IMG/VR virus record: IMGVR_UViG_3300024341_000001
Strand: one strand, 5' to 3'
From: a virus
Lineage: Duplodnaviria > Heunggongvirae > Uroviricota > Caudoviricetes
Length of the DNA stretch: 64,000 nucleotides
The stretch's first letter is position 1; every line of letters starts with the position of its first letter. Made by a program: the position numbers and the translations under genes. The notes under the pieces were generated by a model. The model ran no database searches. It was not told the origin of the DNA and saw nothing but the letters and a program-made list of their open reading frames with translations. Shown here piece by piece: positions 18,739-28,536 of this stretch.

Positions 18739-19100
18739 AAAATTATTTTACTCCCTATACCCAATTTTGATAATATATTTTCTAACATCTTGCTTGTCTC
18801 CATTCGTCCCATTAAAAACATCGGTTCTCCGGTCATAGATATGATCAGTAATGACGGCAGTGCACGTATACCAAGCATCTCAGCTAATTCATAACCAGCA
18901 TCACTAACATCTACTCCATATAAATTTAATTTACCAGTATATTTTTGTGAAATATTTTCTAACATATCAACAGTAGATTTCATAAATGAACACGGTATAT
19001 AAAACAAAATTAACGCCGGCACTAATCCTGAAAATCCAGTATTAACACCGGACACATTATAAATTTTTTCGTTAAACTCTTTCACGTTTAGCGATTGCAT
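18735..19100 (-). CDS. thioredoxin-fold protein (monothiol variant)
   Basis: FYIPCSFMKS at the WCGPCK position; GVDVSDAGYELAEMLGIRALPSLLII matches the thioredoxin beta-alpha-beta core. Confidence 0.35.
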   Translation of the reverse strand: MQSLNVKEFNEKIYNVSGVNTGFSGLVPALILFYIPCSFMKSTVDMLENISQKYTGKLNLYGVDVSDAGYELAEMLGIRALPSLLIISMTGEPMFLMGRMETSKMLENILSKLGIGSKIIL

Positions 19101-19461
19101 TTAATCTCCTTTGTATAAATGTAGCGCGTTTTCGAAATGCCGTTAACAACTCCTCAGGTGTTTTTGCAGACTTGATGTTCTTATAAGTAGAAGAATTTCC
19201 ACAATAAGCTTTCATATATGCATTTTTTGGTCCATTCTTGGGGGCATATATACATAAGGCACATTGGCTGTTTACGGCTTTACATAAACTACATGAATGA
19301 TATCTATTAAATCCAATTAATTTTCGAGCAATCAGCTCTCCATCTATAATTATGGAACATTCATAACAATGCGCGTTCCAAACATCTTTTATAGTTTCTA
19401 ATGTCACAGTTTTATAAAACTTCATTAACTGTCTTGCAGCCGTTATATTTTTAGGATGCAT
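19072..19461 (-). CDS. Cys-rich protein, paralog A
   Basis: 8 Cys; shares N-terminal and C-terminal blocks (SAKTPEEL...IQRRL) with 19937..20323. Confidence 0.4.
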   Translation of the reverse strand: MHPKNITAARQLMKFYKTVTLETIKDVWNAHCYECSIIIDGELIARKLIGFNRYHSCSLCKAVNSQCALCIYAPKNGPKNAYMKAYCGNSSTYKNIKSAKTPEELLTAFRKRATFIQRRLNAIAKRERV

Positions 19462-19675
19462 TTACACCTTCCGTTTTTAACAGCATTGTTTCTTTTTCTA
19501 ATAATACCATAATTTTATTAATGTCTTCTGCAACATGACAGTGCAGTTGGTTATTATTGTCCAAATAAAATACAACATGTTTGTCTGCTGAGTTTTCATG
19601 GATTTCAATCGATATAATTTTATCAACGTTAATAACTGCTGGACGGCGACATCGATCCATTACTACTATAAACAT
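19451..19675 (-). CDS. hypothetical protein
   Basis: 74-aa ORF. Confidence 0.25.
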   Translation of the reverse strand: MFIVVMDRCRRPAVINVDKIISIEIHENSADKHVVFYLDNNNQLHCHVAEDINKIMVLLEKETMLLKTEGVNAS

Positions 19676-19995
19676 TCTATTTCCACCTTTCTTATTTCAG
19701 TAACACCTGGGTACTTGATCGAGAACTCGCGCATAGTATACATTCCAAAGTATACTTCTGTACCACCGCTTATACCATTAAGTGTTATATTTATTTGAAC
19801 ACTTACTGCGGTATCTTTGAGATTCTTTGCTTCACCGGACACAAGGACATGGTCGGCCCCCATGGTTATTCGTAAATTTTGTATTTGGATTTTTGGATCA
19901 TTCTTTGATGGAGCAGGAGCTTCTAACAATCCGCAGCTATATAATAGCATACTTACCACTAACATCATCATCCATTTCATATTCGCACCTTTCAA
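19666..19995 (-). CDS. lipoprotein
   Basis: signal peptide with LYSC lipobox. Confidence 0.4.
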   Translation of the reverse strand: MKGANMKWMMMLVVSMLLYSCGLLEAPAPSKNDPKIQIQNLRITMGADHVLVSGEAKNLKDTAVSVQINITLNGISGGTEVYFGMYTMREFSIKYPGVTEIRKVEIECL

Positions 19996-20323
19996 TAAGT
20001 TGTTGTATATAGTTCATTCTTGCTTTATAGGCCAAGTATAATTTTTCTGGTGTATCTGCGCTGGCGATTGCACGATAAGTTTTCTCATTAACACCCGCTG
20101 TGCAATGTTCTTCAGCTACTTGCATGTAAAAGCAATCTATACATGTGTCCGCAATAGCACAAATTATACATTCATTGGTATCACCAAACCCTGTTAACGC
20201 CCTAGCGACATCTTTAACACCATAAGTCTTAAACGCGTTCTCTACTTGTACGCATGTAAGATCTCGATACAGCTGAGCTAGTCTCTTAGCTGCATTTAAT
20301 GCTGGTATACTAAATGCCTTCAT
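19937..20323 (-). CDS. Cys-rich protein, paralog B
   Basis: SADTPEKL...IQQLI block shared with 19072..19461; AGGAGA SD. Confidence 0.4.
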   Translation of the reverse strand: MKAFSIPALNAAKRLAQLYRDLTCVQVENAFKTYGVKDVARALTGFGDTNECIICAIADTCIDCFYMQVAEEHCTAGVNEKTYRAIASADTPEKLYLAYKARMNYIQQLIERCEYEMDDDVSGKYAII

Positions 20324-20378
20324 ATTTGCTTTTCTCCTAAATTTTATGTATATTATATATGTAAATGCATAACAAATA

Positions 20379-20387
20379 TCTTATACC
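20379..20387 (+). repeat. TCTTATACC motif copy 10
   Basis: 3 nt before ATG 20391; 55 nt upstream of the minus gene start 20323. Confidence 0.6.
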
Positions 20388-20390
20388 ATA

Positions 20391-20660
20391 ATGCCAGTAA
20401 CTATAGACGATTTAGAATTATTAGCCACTACTCGAATTGCGTCGGAAATATCACAATATGTCAATATGCAATACGATGCTGGTAAGATATTATGTATTCA
20501 AAACAATGTACGACACGTTACAGATAAAATTTTTAGCAGAGCGGTTGCTAGTCGGATCGTGCGTATTTTTCAAAAACAATACAACACCGCAAACTATCCA
20601 GACACTTTAAAGATCGATGATGAGTACACCTTCTCTTGGCAGTCCGATATTAAGTGGTAA
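20391..20660 (+). CDS. hypothetical protein
   Basis: 89-aa ORF. Confidence 0.3.
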   Translation: MPVTIDDLELLATTRIASEISQYVNMQYDAGKILCIQNNVRHVTDKIFSRAVASRIVRIFQKQYNTANYPDTLKIDDEYTFSWQSDIKW

Positions 20661-21180
20661 TATATATAGTATAAATACTGGTATTTCTTTGACCGCTGAT
20701 TTAAGAGAAAAAGGCCGTCAGGTTTTATTGGTATTAAATACATTATTTAAGGGCCGTGTTATAATAGCTCGAAATACATTTTATAAATTTTCTTCCAGAC
20801 TTCTTACAAAAGATGAAGCCACTAATTATATCGAAAAGCTGTTTCCGGAAAAACTTTTTCAACGGGTAATAAATAAAGATATTTATGCAGTATCTCCGGC
20901 AGAGATACTAAAATACTACGAAGCTTACGATCAAACGTCTTGTTTTGATATTCGTTTTCCAAAAACATCTGCTGAAGCACCCGAGGCTATCGTAGTAATA
21001 GAAAAAATAATATTTTATAATGAATTATACTTAGAATTCAACGCCGCACAAGCGCAGTTTAATCCATTACCATCTACAAACAAATTATACATGTACCCTC
21101 CATTAATATTTACTGATAATACAGATAGACCGCCTGACGCACCGGTGTCGATAAATTATGACCAAACAAAAACAAACTAA
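20617..21180 (+). CDS. hypothetical protein
   Basis: 187-aa ORF. Confidence 0.35.
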   Translation: MMSTPSLGSPILSGNIYSINTGISLTADLREKGRQVLLVLNTLFKGRVIIARNTFYKFSSRLLTKDEATNYIEKLFPEKLFQRVINKDIYAVSPAEILKYYEAYDQTSCFDIRFPKTSAEAPEAIVVIEKIIFYNELYLEFNAAQAQFNPLPSTNKLYMYPPLIFTDNTDRPPDAPVSINYDQTKTN

Positions 21181-21667
21181 TGGTAACAATGGCTTTCGAT
21201 TTTCATTGAAGGCTCTCGTAACAAATAAAATAAAAAGATTCAGTGACGATATTTCGAAACGTAACGGTAAAAGTAACATCACTGAAGAATGGCTTTACAA
21301 TCGACTCAAGCAATTATTACTCCCAGGCAATTTTATAGCCTGCGAGACATGCGGCATGCCAATGACGTGGGATGCCCTGACGATCGATCACAAAGTTCCT
21401 CGATCGTACTATAAACGATACCGTGGTAATATACATAATACTGATAATTTAAATATTATATGCCCGGCTTGTAATAGTTTAAAAGGTCAACGTACCTTAC
21501 CACAATTTCTAACGGTATTACGTGCCAGAAATGATGAGATACAAAAAATGGCCGCTCCTTATCGTAACCAACCACAACCTCCTATTATAGCCCCGATGTA
21601 TCCAGATATCGGATTAGGTCTAAAAATATTTGGACCAGATAAAGCGCATAAACGATTGAAACAGTAA
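21158..21667 (+). CDS. HNH homing endonuclease
   Basis: CETCG...DHKVPRS...NLNIICPACNSLKG. Confidence 0.7.
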   Translation: MTKQKQTNGNNGFRFSLKALVTNKIKRFSDDISKRNGKSNITEEWLYNRLKQLLLPGNFIACETCGMPMTWDALTIDHKVPRSYYKRYRGNIHNTDNLNIICPACNSLKGQRTLPQFLTVLRARNDEIQKMAAPYRNQPQPPIIAPMYPDIGLGLKIFGPDKAHKRLKQ

Positions 21668-21703
21668 AAAAAAAGACCCGGGTCATCATCTCGGGTCTTT
21701 TAG
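21666..21703. terminator. bidirectional rho-independent terminator
   Basis: A9-GACCCG...CGGGTC-TTTT between convergent genes. Confidence 0.7.
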
Positions 21704-21706
21704 TTT

Positions 21707-21922
21707 CTAGCGCGGTTTACTACATAATTCACGAATTCGGTCTGATTCCAGCAATGCAAGTTGTTTACGTGATTCTTCTGCAGATAGATACGGTTTCTTA
21801 CTGTTGCCGCATTGATCAGTTTCAGGCAAACATAAATAGGTCGACCCAACCACTCGATCAGGTAGCACCAAAAAATCGTTGTGTGTTTTATTAAGCGCTT
21901 CTAAGTCTTTCGGGGTAAGCAT
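21707..21922 (-). CDS. hypothetical protein
   Basis: 71-aa ORF. Confidence 0.3.
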   Translation of the reverse strand: MLTPKDLEALNKTHNDFLVLPDRVVGSTYLCLPETDQCGNSKKPYLSAEESRKQLALLESDRIRELCSKPR

Positions 21923-21926
21923 ATTA

Positions 21927-22562
21927 CTATCCTATGATACCATAATGTAATTCAATAGTGGCGACCTTATGTAGTCGTACCAATAACGCCTGAAAAGCCG
22001 GTGTATATTTTTCCCATTCGGGTGGCAATGCCTGATTTTTTGGCACTACGCACATGGCATCTTCATGGATCCATGCTTCTTCACCATCAACATATGGTGT
22101 GAGTTTGCTTATCGTAACCACATTTTGGTCTTGGTAGGCCTTTAATACCATTAATGTTGGGGCATCAAAAATCGCACGATGTCCGCCGGGAGCTACGTAT
22201 CCGCCTTTTACTTTGGCGAAATCTACGATTGGCCTTAATTTGTTTCCTTCGAGATCTGTTACAACCTGTGCAAATGATCCCGAACCCTTGGAAAATGGTC
22301 CGCACTCATTTGCTTGGATATGTAATGTTGCTCCTTTTACCTCTGGGTAAAATTTACGGCGATCTGATCCAGGTGCAACTCGATCCTTCAACACCACAAC
22401 AATGCGGCGCTTATCAAGACTCGAGTACACATTGGTGAGCAAGGCTTTTTTCAGTTCTTGCCTTCGCATATCATGCACGCGCGCGAAAGCCCGAAATTCG
22501 GCCACCAATTGTGTGGGAACTAACGGAAGTTGACTCATGTGAATCTCCTTAAATATTAACAA
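21927..22562 (-). CDS. hypothetical protein
   Basis: 211-aa ORF; AAGGAG SD supports start. Confidence 0.4.
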   Translation of the reverse strand: MLIFKEIHMSQLPLVPTQLVAEFRAFARVHDMRRQELKKALLTNVYSSLDKRRIVVVLKDRVAPGSDRRKFYPEVKGATLHIQANECGPFSKGSGSFAQVVTDLEGNKLRPIVDFAKVKGGYVAPGGHRAIFDAPTLMVLKAYQDQNVVTISKLTPYVDGEEAWIHEDAMCVVPKNQALPPEWEKYTPAFQALLVRLHKVATIELHYGIIG

Positions 22563-22624
22563 CAGTTCGACTAAGATAGGAAGTCGAACACATAAGTAAT
22601 AAAACCCTATCTTAAAAGTAAAAT

Positions 22625-22633
22625 TCTTATACC
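22625..22633 (+). repeat. TCTTATACC motif copy 11
   Basis: 5 nt after the stop of 22639..23121 (minus); followed by a hairpin and the SD of the next minus gene. Confidence 0.6.
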
Positions 22634-22638
22634 ATAAA

Positions 22639-23121
22639 TTAAAAGAAGAAACAACCTATTTTATCGGCTTTGCCAAAGTATGTAAGTATATATGCATAAT
22701 CAGCAAATGTTATGCCTTCCATTGGATTTATACAAAGCATATTACTACCATACTCTTCTTTCATACAGGCATCATCCAAGATAATCCATCTTTCTGGTTG
22801 AAATGTTAGCAGTCCATAATTGACGCGATTTTTGCGCCCACGTACATCGATACCGCCAATAACCGGAGCATTTGCCCACCCATATTTCTCTAACGCAGCA
22901 ACAAAATATTCAGTGTCGTATATACCGTCATGCCACCACGTACTGTGTATGAATATTTTTAAGTCGCATATTTCACACACCCGCTGAAGCAATTTTACTG
23001 ATGTCGGATCAAAATTAACATCTGTTGCACGACTCGGTTGTCCAATATCATGTAGATCGTGCGCAATACAACCACGTGCGTTAATTAATACACCGTCAAT
23101 GTCTAAAAATAATAAGTTCAT
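22639..23121 (-). CDS. HAD-superfamily hydrolase/phosphatase
   Basis: LFLDIDGVLI = HAD motif I (hhhDxDGTL). Confidence 0.45.
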   Translation of the reverse strand: MNLLFLDIDGVLINARGCIAHDLHDIGQPSRATDVNFDPTSVKLLQRVCEICDLKIFIHSTWWHDGIYDTEYFVAALEKYGWANAPVIGGIDVRGRKNRVNYGLLTFQPERWIILDDACMKEEYGSNMLCINPMEGITFADYAYILTYFGKADKIGCFFF

Positions 23122-23216
23122 AAATACACCTTTTCCAATGTTTAAAGGTCATATGCCAATTTATTACTTTTATCACTTGTGGCATACTAGTATACCCGCT
23201 AATCATGACATCTTCT

Positions 23217-23534
23217 TTAATGAATATCATTTATCGCCTGACTTATCTTTGTGAAACAACGAATGAACGTCTCTAGCACTTCTTCTAACAATGTGTCTGG
23301 AGAATAAAAATTAGTTGAAATTACGGGATTTGTATAATACGAAGTTTTATAACACCAAGCACGGAAGCCATATTCAGTTTGTATAATAGTGAAATCTAAG
23401 ATCTCTGCTCCAACTATTGAACAGGTAATAGAACGCAAAGCACTATGTGTCCAATCACTTTTATAAAGGTTTATTCCTTTATAAGTCTTGGGCAATTCTA
23501 CCTTGTCGTCAAATATATCACGTAGCTTTATCAT
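23217..23534 (-). CDS. hypothetical protein
   Basis: 105-aa ORF. Confidence 0.3.
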   Translation of the reverse strand: MIKLRDIFDDKVELPKTYKGINLYKSDWTHSALRSITCSIVGAEILDFTIIQTEYGFRAWCYKTSYYTNPVISTNFYSPDTLLEEVLETFIRCFTKISQAINDIH

Positions 23535-23694
23535 TTACCACCTTTTTAGCAAAGAGCGTTTTAATACTATCAACCATATCTGTACTTCTAATTATTTTTT
23601 TCCTATTATTCAAAATATTTATTTCGTACAGGTTTTTATGTTTTCCATGTTTCCAAAAGGCTTTCGCCTTATTACGAATTTTGCGGATCATTCG

Positions 23695-23928
23695 TTAGCA
23701 AACCCTATAAGATTGAACTACGTTTCCTTGTAGATCTACAATATCTACCTGATCCGCGCCTTGATCACTTATACACCCGGCATATTGTTCTTGTACAAAT
23801 GCGTCGGCTTCTAGTATCGTATCAAATTCTGCCATTTCTAAAGTGCGCCAATCCTTTGTGATTAGAATGGTTTCATTATCGAATGTATCCCAATGGTATA
23901 CTCCGAATTGTTTTTTATGTTTGATCAT
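23695..23928 (-). CDS. hypothetical protein
   Basis: 77-aa ORF. Confidence 0.25.
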   Translation of the reverse strand: MIKHKKQFGVYHWDTFDNETILITKDWRTLEMAEFDTILEADAFVQEQYAGCISDQGADQVDIVDLQGNVVQSYRVC

Positions 23929-24154
23929 GTATATTAAATTCTAATTCCGCTCTAACGGGTTGTAATGGTTTATTAAACGTTAACTGGTGCCAATATAACT
24001 TTGCACCAAACAATATTTTCAGGCGGTCACGCCAATTAAATTCCCAACAGCTAATAACTTCGCCATCTAATTTTTTATGTACATGCAGAGGCAGGTACTC
24101 AGGCTGGTCTTTAGCGTAAATGCAGTTACATCCTTTAAAACATATTGGTTTCAT
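23915..24154 (-). CDS. hypothetical protein
   Basis: 79-aa ORF. Confidence 0.25.
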   Translation of the reverse strand: MKPICFKGCNCIYAKDQPEYLPLHVHKKLDGEVISCWEFNWRDRLKILFGAKLYWHQLTFNKPLQPVRAELEFNIHDQT

Positions 24155-24188
24155 GCTAAACTAAACTCTATATAAGTATGAATGTGGT

Positions 24189-24461
24189 TCAATAACTCTT
24201 ACTTTTCGCGTCATTATATTTTCCTTTTAATTTAAATTTTAATCTTTTTTGCGACGATGGTTCGCCCCGAAGAACTTCAACTTTTGTATGTGCGCTTGCA
24301 TGATAGATTGTTCCGTCATATGTAGCACAAACAGAATACATGCCATCGAGATGATAAAAATTCAGTACCATTCCTTTATATATAGGTAATGCGCCTATTG
24401 GTGTCACGACATCTTCTAGGACGCGAATTCTGGCCGGACCTTTTAATTCGTATAAATACAT
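24189..24461 (-). CDS. hypothetical protein
   Basis: 90-aa ORF; GGAGA SD. Confidence 0.3.
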   Translation of the reverse strand: MYLYELKGPARIRVLEDVVTPIGALPIYKGMVLNFYHLDGMYSVCATYDGTIYHASAHTKVEVLRGEPSSQKRLKFKLKGKYNDAKSKSY

Positions 24462-24487
24462 ATAGTCTCCTTTCTATAAACTGTATA

Positions 24488-24496
24488 TCTTATACC
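24488..24496 (+). repeat. TCTTATACC motif copy 12
   Basis: on the minus strand GGTATAAGA-N17-GGAGA-N4-ATG (gene 24189..24461); 6 nt before the -35 of the 24537 promoter. Confidence 0.6.
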
Positions 24497-24502
24497 ATAC
24501 TA

Positions 24503-24531
24503 TTGACATTTATATTAAATATGCGTAAATT
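24503..24531 (+). promoter_or_regulatory. sigma70-type promoter TTGACA-N17-TAAATT, leaderless start
   Basis: -10 ends 5 nt before ATG 24537; first promoter of the long rightward operon. Confidence 0.5.
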
Positions 24532-24536
24532 TCTCT

Positions 24537-25001
24537 ATGAAATGGAGTGCATATGTTTTAATCCAAAAAGACAAAGGTTACACTCCCGAACAGATAGTGG
24601 AGGAAGCCGGCGATCCGTTGATTTCGTTACAGTATGTGAAAGACGTTATATTTCAAGATCAGAAGTGGCATCCAAAACCAAGATGGGGTCGTAGATGTCC
24701 CGGTGTTTTGCGTCGTCAACCACAGAGTTCTGAAAATAAAAAATTGTTAGAATACTATAATACAATTGGTAAGGAAGCATTTTTTAAAGAACTGCGGGAA
24801 TGTACGTACAAAGGCATGGCGCAAAAGCATGGCATTCCGCTTAGCAAGTTTGTTAATTTTGTTCGTAGATACCTCATGGGAGAAAAGAGACCCTATTGGC
24901 TTGGGAATCGTACCAATTACGAAGTTAAGCTGAGAAAAGAAGGAAAGTTAAAACGTAAACCCAAACCAGTCACTATACAAGACGTGAAAAACTTATGGTA
25001 A
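24537..25001 (+). CDS. hypothetical protein
   Basis: 154-aa basic protein. Confidence 0.35.
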   Translation: MKWSAYVLIQKDKGYTPEQIVEEAGDPLISLQYVKDVIFQDQKWHPKPRWGRRCPGVLRRQPQSSENKKLLEYYNTIGKEAFFKELRECTYKGMAQKHGIPLSKFVNFVRRYLMGEKRPYWLGNRTNYEVKLRKEGKLKRKPKPVTIQDVKNLW

Positions 25002-25891
25002 AGAAAATTATACGTGTACCTGAAAAGCTTTATATACAAACATTAATCGCAGGAGGATTCAAGCCTGAGATGGTGTTGGAAGATTGTAAATTGCATAATA
25101 TAGAGTTAGACTTAGCAACTTTAGCACCTATTGTAGATCAGCTCCGCGAGACTTCTGCGAATTTACAATTCGATGATATCGAGCTTGAAGATTTGCAGTT
25201 ATCTCCGATGTATTATTATCGCTTTAAAAAACCAGCACCGGCTAAGACCAGTATCGACGGGTGCGAGGGAGCTTTTGAAATATTAGCAGATTCTAGATTA
25301 CGAAAAATTATTACAGCACTGGCGTTATCTGGAATTAATCCCATGGATATTGAATTACTGGTAAACGGCCGCTATGAAGTGTCACACGACTCGCCTGATT
25401 TTCAAAACTTCTTAAAATATTTTGCTAACTTCGAAGAATGGGGTTATGCTGACCGAGAATTTTTTGTAGAGTCTCAGCGTGACGCTGAATTCAAAATGAT
25501 TCTAAAGAAAGCAGCATTAAAGGGTGACAGACATTATTTGGTATGGAAGTTAGGTCTTGGCACCGATCCTCATATGTCATTAGAACAAGTATTTTCTGAT
25601 ATGTTGTCTGATGCATATTTTACCTTTAAAGAAAATGTACGTTTACGTCCGGATGATGCGCAGAAGTTTGCACAATTAGCATTAAAGATAGCCGATCGAT
25701 TAGATTCAAGCGATGCGCGCAAGAAGGAAAGTCATAACTTATTGGATGAACTTAAAATTAAACTGGTCGTAGAAAATACTTCTGATAAAACTGAGTCCAA
25801 AATAACCGACATTAGCGAAGTTCCCGTCGAGTTGCCCAAACGTGGCACTGGTGGCACCAGTATAGCTTTAGATAAATTAAAATTTGAATAA
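24995..25891 (+). CDS. hypothetical protein
   Basis: 298-aa ORF. Confidence 0.4.
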   Translation: MVKKIIRVPEKLYIQTLIAGGFKPEMVLEDCKLHNIELDLATLAPIVDQLRETSANLQFDDIELEDLQLSPMYYYRFKKPAPAKTSIDGCEGAFEILADSRLRKIITALALSGINPMDIELLVNGRYEVSHDSPDFQNFLKYFANFEEWGYADREFFVESQRDAEFKMILKKAALKGDRHYLVWKLGLGTDPHMSLEQVFSDMLSDAYFTFKENVRLRPDDAQKFAQLALKIADRLDSSDARKKESHNLLDELKIKLVVENTSDKTESKITDISEVPVELPKRGTGGTSIALDKLKFE

Positions 25892-25900
25892 ATTAATATT

Positions 25901-26605
25901 ATGGGAATACTAGATCCTCCACGACATGTTTTAAATCCATATATATTCGAAAACGAGACTGTTCGTCCTGAAGTAAAAGAATGGATATTTGATCATTTAT
26001 CAACTTTCTTCCCTCTCACTAAATTATATAATGCCGTTATGCAGGGTAGTAATGTGACATTGCAGTATAGCGATGATTCCGATATTGATGTACAAATTAT
26101 GTCTACCAAGGAAGAAGAGTTTGATAAGTGGCATCCTTTATTTAAAGAATTTAATCGGCAGGAAGTATTACTGCCGGGCACTAACCACCCACTACAATTT
26201 TTCTTTATTGAATATATACCCCCAGATAAAATTACCCGCGGGTGGGAGCGATCACTAGGCGCTTATGATCTTATGACTGATCGTTGGTTAAAACGCCCCA
26301 CACCATATGATAAAATAAAAGACCCTGAAGTCGAGTACGCAAGTGAAATTGCGTATGTTAAAATGATGATGATTATGATCGAAAGTGAAATTGATAGTGT
26401 GCGTACGGCCATCCGAAATAAAGACTATGATAAGGCGCTCACATCGCTTAAAACCTTGCAAAGGTTTTTTAAACGTATAGACGAAGATTCTAAGGACGCA
26501 TATAGATGGGGTGCAGGCACTCCTAATAAAGAAGAAGATCACGTAATATTTAAACTTCTATCACGCGGACCGTACGGCAAATTACTGAAAGACCTGGTTG
26601 GATGA
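25901..26605 (+). CDS. putative nucleotidyltransferase-fold protein
   Basis: MQGSNVTLQYSDDSDIDVQIM fits the Pol-beta-type GS-x(9-13)-DxD signature. Confidence 0.3.
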   Translation: MGILDPPRHVLNPYIFENETVRPEVKEWIFDHLSTFFPLTKLYNAVMQGSNVTLQYSDDSDIDVQIMSTKEEEFDKWHPLFKEFNRQEVLLPGTNHPLQFFFIEYIPPDKITRGWERSLGAYDLMTDRWLKRPTPYDKIKDPEVEYASEIAYVKMMMIMIESEIDSVRTAIRNKDYDKALTSLKTLQRFFKRIDEDSKDAYRWGAGTPNKEEDHVIFKLLSRGPYGKLLKDLVG

Positions 26606-26822
26606 TAATACCGATTACATCGCAAAGCGAATTAAATAAATATTATCAATATCACGGAGGTGGTTGGCACGAAATGCCAAAATATCCAGCTCGAACATTC
26701 ACTGGTTCAGCAATAACTGCTACACGGTTTAAGGCATTTACAAAAATACAATTACGAGCAGCTATGTTAGCACGAAATTTGTTTTTACGCACAGGTAATA
26801 TTCAAACATTATTGGTGAAGGT

Positions 26823-27557
26823 ATGAATAAATACATTCTTCCAGCAGCAGCAGCTGGTTTTTTAATAGGTGCTGGGTTTGGTTACGCCAACAGAGATAAG
26901 ATCAAACAACACGTCGGCTATGCTGGATATTTGCTTCCACATAAATGGTACACGGGAAAAGCTATGCTCGAGATGAATTTGCCGTTAGTGCAGGCTATAA
27001 CACATGACAGTACTAAATTTCGTCCATCCGAGTGGTCTGCTTATTCTGCATGGTTCAATGGACCAGAAGGATTACAAGGGGCCAAGGATCCTAAGTTATA
27101 TATGCAATGGCGTGATGTAGTACAACAACATTATCATCGAAATCCTCATCATTGGCGGGCATTACATAAACATCCAAAGGATGTACCGACAAAATACAAA
27201 TTAGAGGCCATAGCAGATTGGTATGGAGTGAATCGGGCCAAAGGACTTACTAATAAATCCTTTAAGGATTGGTTTGAAGAACGTAAAAATAGATTTCCTA
27301 TAGACAAAGGTACAATTATGGACGCAGAACAAAGATTAAAAATAGCGGCTAAAAAAGAAAATAAATATACATCACTTGAATATACAATTGCCTCAGGTGA
27401 CCCCTTAGTAAAAGCTTTGACCAGAAATATGGCGGTAGATAAACAAAAAGCTGTGTGGAAACGATATGCGCAGATTGTGTTGCGTAATCGTAATTATGGG
27501 CGATCAGCTAAAGTGCCTGGCGAATATATAAAAAACAAGGAAAGCACCCATGTTTGA
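26823..27557 (+). CDS. membrane-anchored hypothetical protein
   Basis: N-terminal Gly-zipper TM (AAAGFLIGAGFGYA). Confidence 0.35.
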   Translation: MNKYILPAAAAGFLIGAGFGYANRDKIKQHVGYAGYLLPHKWYTGKAMLEMNLPLVQAITHDSTKFRPSEWSAYSAWFNGPEGLQGAKDPKLYMQWRDVVQQHYHRNPHHWRALHKHPKDVPTKYKLEAIADWYGVNRAKGLTNKSFKDWFEERKNRFPIDKGTIMDAEQRLKIAAKKENKYTSLEYTIASGDPLVKALTRNMAVDKQKAVWKRYAQIVLRNRNYGRSAKVPGEYIKNKESTHV

Positions 27558-27921
27558 CGAAATAAAAAAATATATCGGTAAAAAATGGACGCTAATAATT
27601 TCATTCATTGCCTTTGGATTTATTGTAGCAACGACGTATACAAATTTTTTAGTAACTCCCGAAGTAATGGCACAAGAAGTTAAACGATTAGAACTTAAAC
27701 TTGATACAAATATAGCATCGTTAAAAATAGCTAATGGTGACCTCGAAGTTTCGTTACTGAAAAAAGAGAAAAATGAATTGTTGGATTTAATCGACTCAGG
27801 CAAGGCAAAGCAACGTCATCGCGAACGTTTAGAGGAAGTTAAGAAACGTATTGACTTTTTAGAAGCAACTAAAGTGCAACTAAACAAGATTCTCGAAGGA
27901 AGTAATGATAAAGCAAAGTAA
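27550..27921 (+). CDS. TM + coiled-coil protein
   Basis: 123 aa. Confidence 0.3.
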   Translation: MFDEIKKYIGKKWTLIISFIAFGFIVATTYTNFLVTPEVMAQEVKRLELKLDTNIASLKIANGDLEVSLLKKEKNELLDLIDSGKAKQRHRERLEEVKKRIDFLEATKVQLNKILEGSNDKAK

Positions 27922-28025
27922 CGCTCCATATAAAGGCGGAAGTAAGAAAAATACTCGTCAAGGAGCTGGTACATTTACAAAAATAGGTCGGCATAAAGGC
28001 AGTATTTGTAAATATCGGGGACAGG

Positions 28026-28535
28026 GTGGAAGACGCAAATCAGTTAAACATTAATAAAGACGCCGGTCTTAAATCTAAGGCCATTACTTTAGGATTAGCG
28101 GCAGCACTAGCTGCCAATCCGGCAAAAGCGCAGTTTACCAAGAAATTATTTGCGCCAATAGTTGAGAAACTCATGGGTTCACATAAAATACCTGAACTCA
28201 TGAATACATTTTCATCCAAATCAGGCGTTCGCTGGATTTCTAAAGAACATCCGTTATATGCAGGATTCATGGACGAACTGAAATCAAGTATGAATGACAC
28301 CACATTAAAATTCAAAGATCTTGCTGTAGACACAGCTGAGGCCGGTAAAGAGTTCCACATTAATGTTTTTGGCACCGATGAGAAAGGTAATATCACTCAT
28401 AGATTATTTCGAAGAGAACCGGCAATAAAACGTTATCCACATCTGATAAATCGCGAGCAATGGGTTGATGAAATCGCTGACGCTGACGCAAGAAAATTTA
28501 TAGATACACGTACTAAATCATTGGCAAGGAGATAA
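28026..28535 (+). CDS. hypothetical protein
   Basis: 169 aa. Confidence 0.35.
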   Translation: MEDANQLNINKDAGLKSKAITLGLAAALAANPAKAQFTKKLFAPIVEKLMGSHKIPELMNTFSSKSGVRWISKEHPLYAGFMDELKSSMNDTTLKFKDLAVDTAEAGKEFHINVFGTDEKGNITHRLFRREPAIKRYPHLINREQWVDEIADADARKFIDTRTKSLARR

Positions 28536-28536
28536 T

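Noticed and set aside
22565-22589. Hairpin GTTCGACT...AGTCGAAC as a terminator
   Set aside because: No U-run follows it on either strand. It lies in the 5' leader of gene 21927..22562, so it is more likely a leader structure or processing site.
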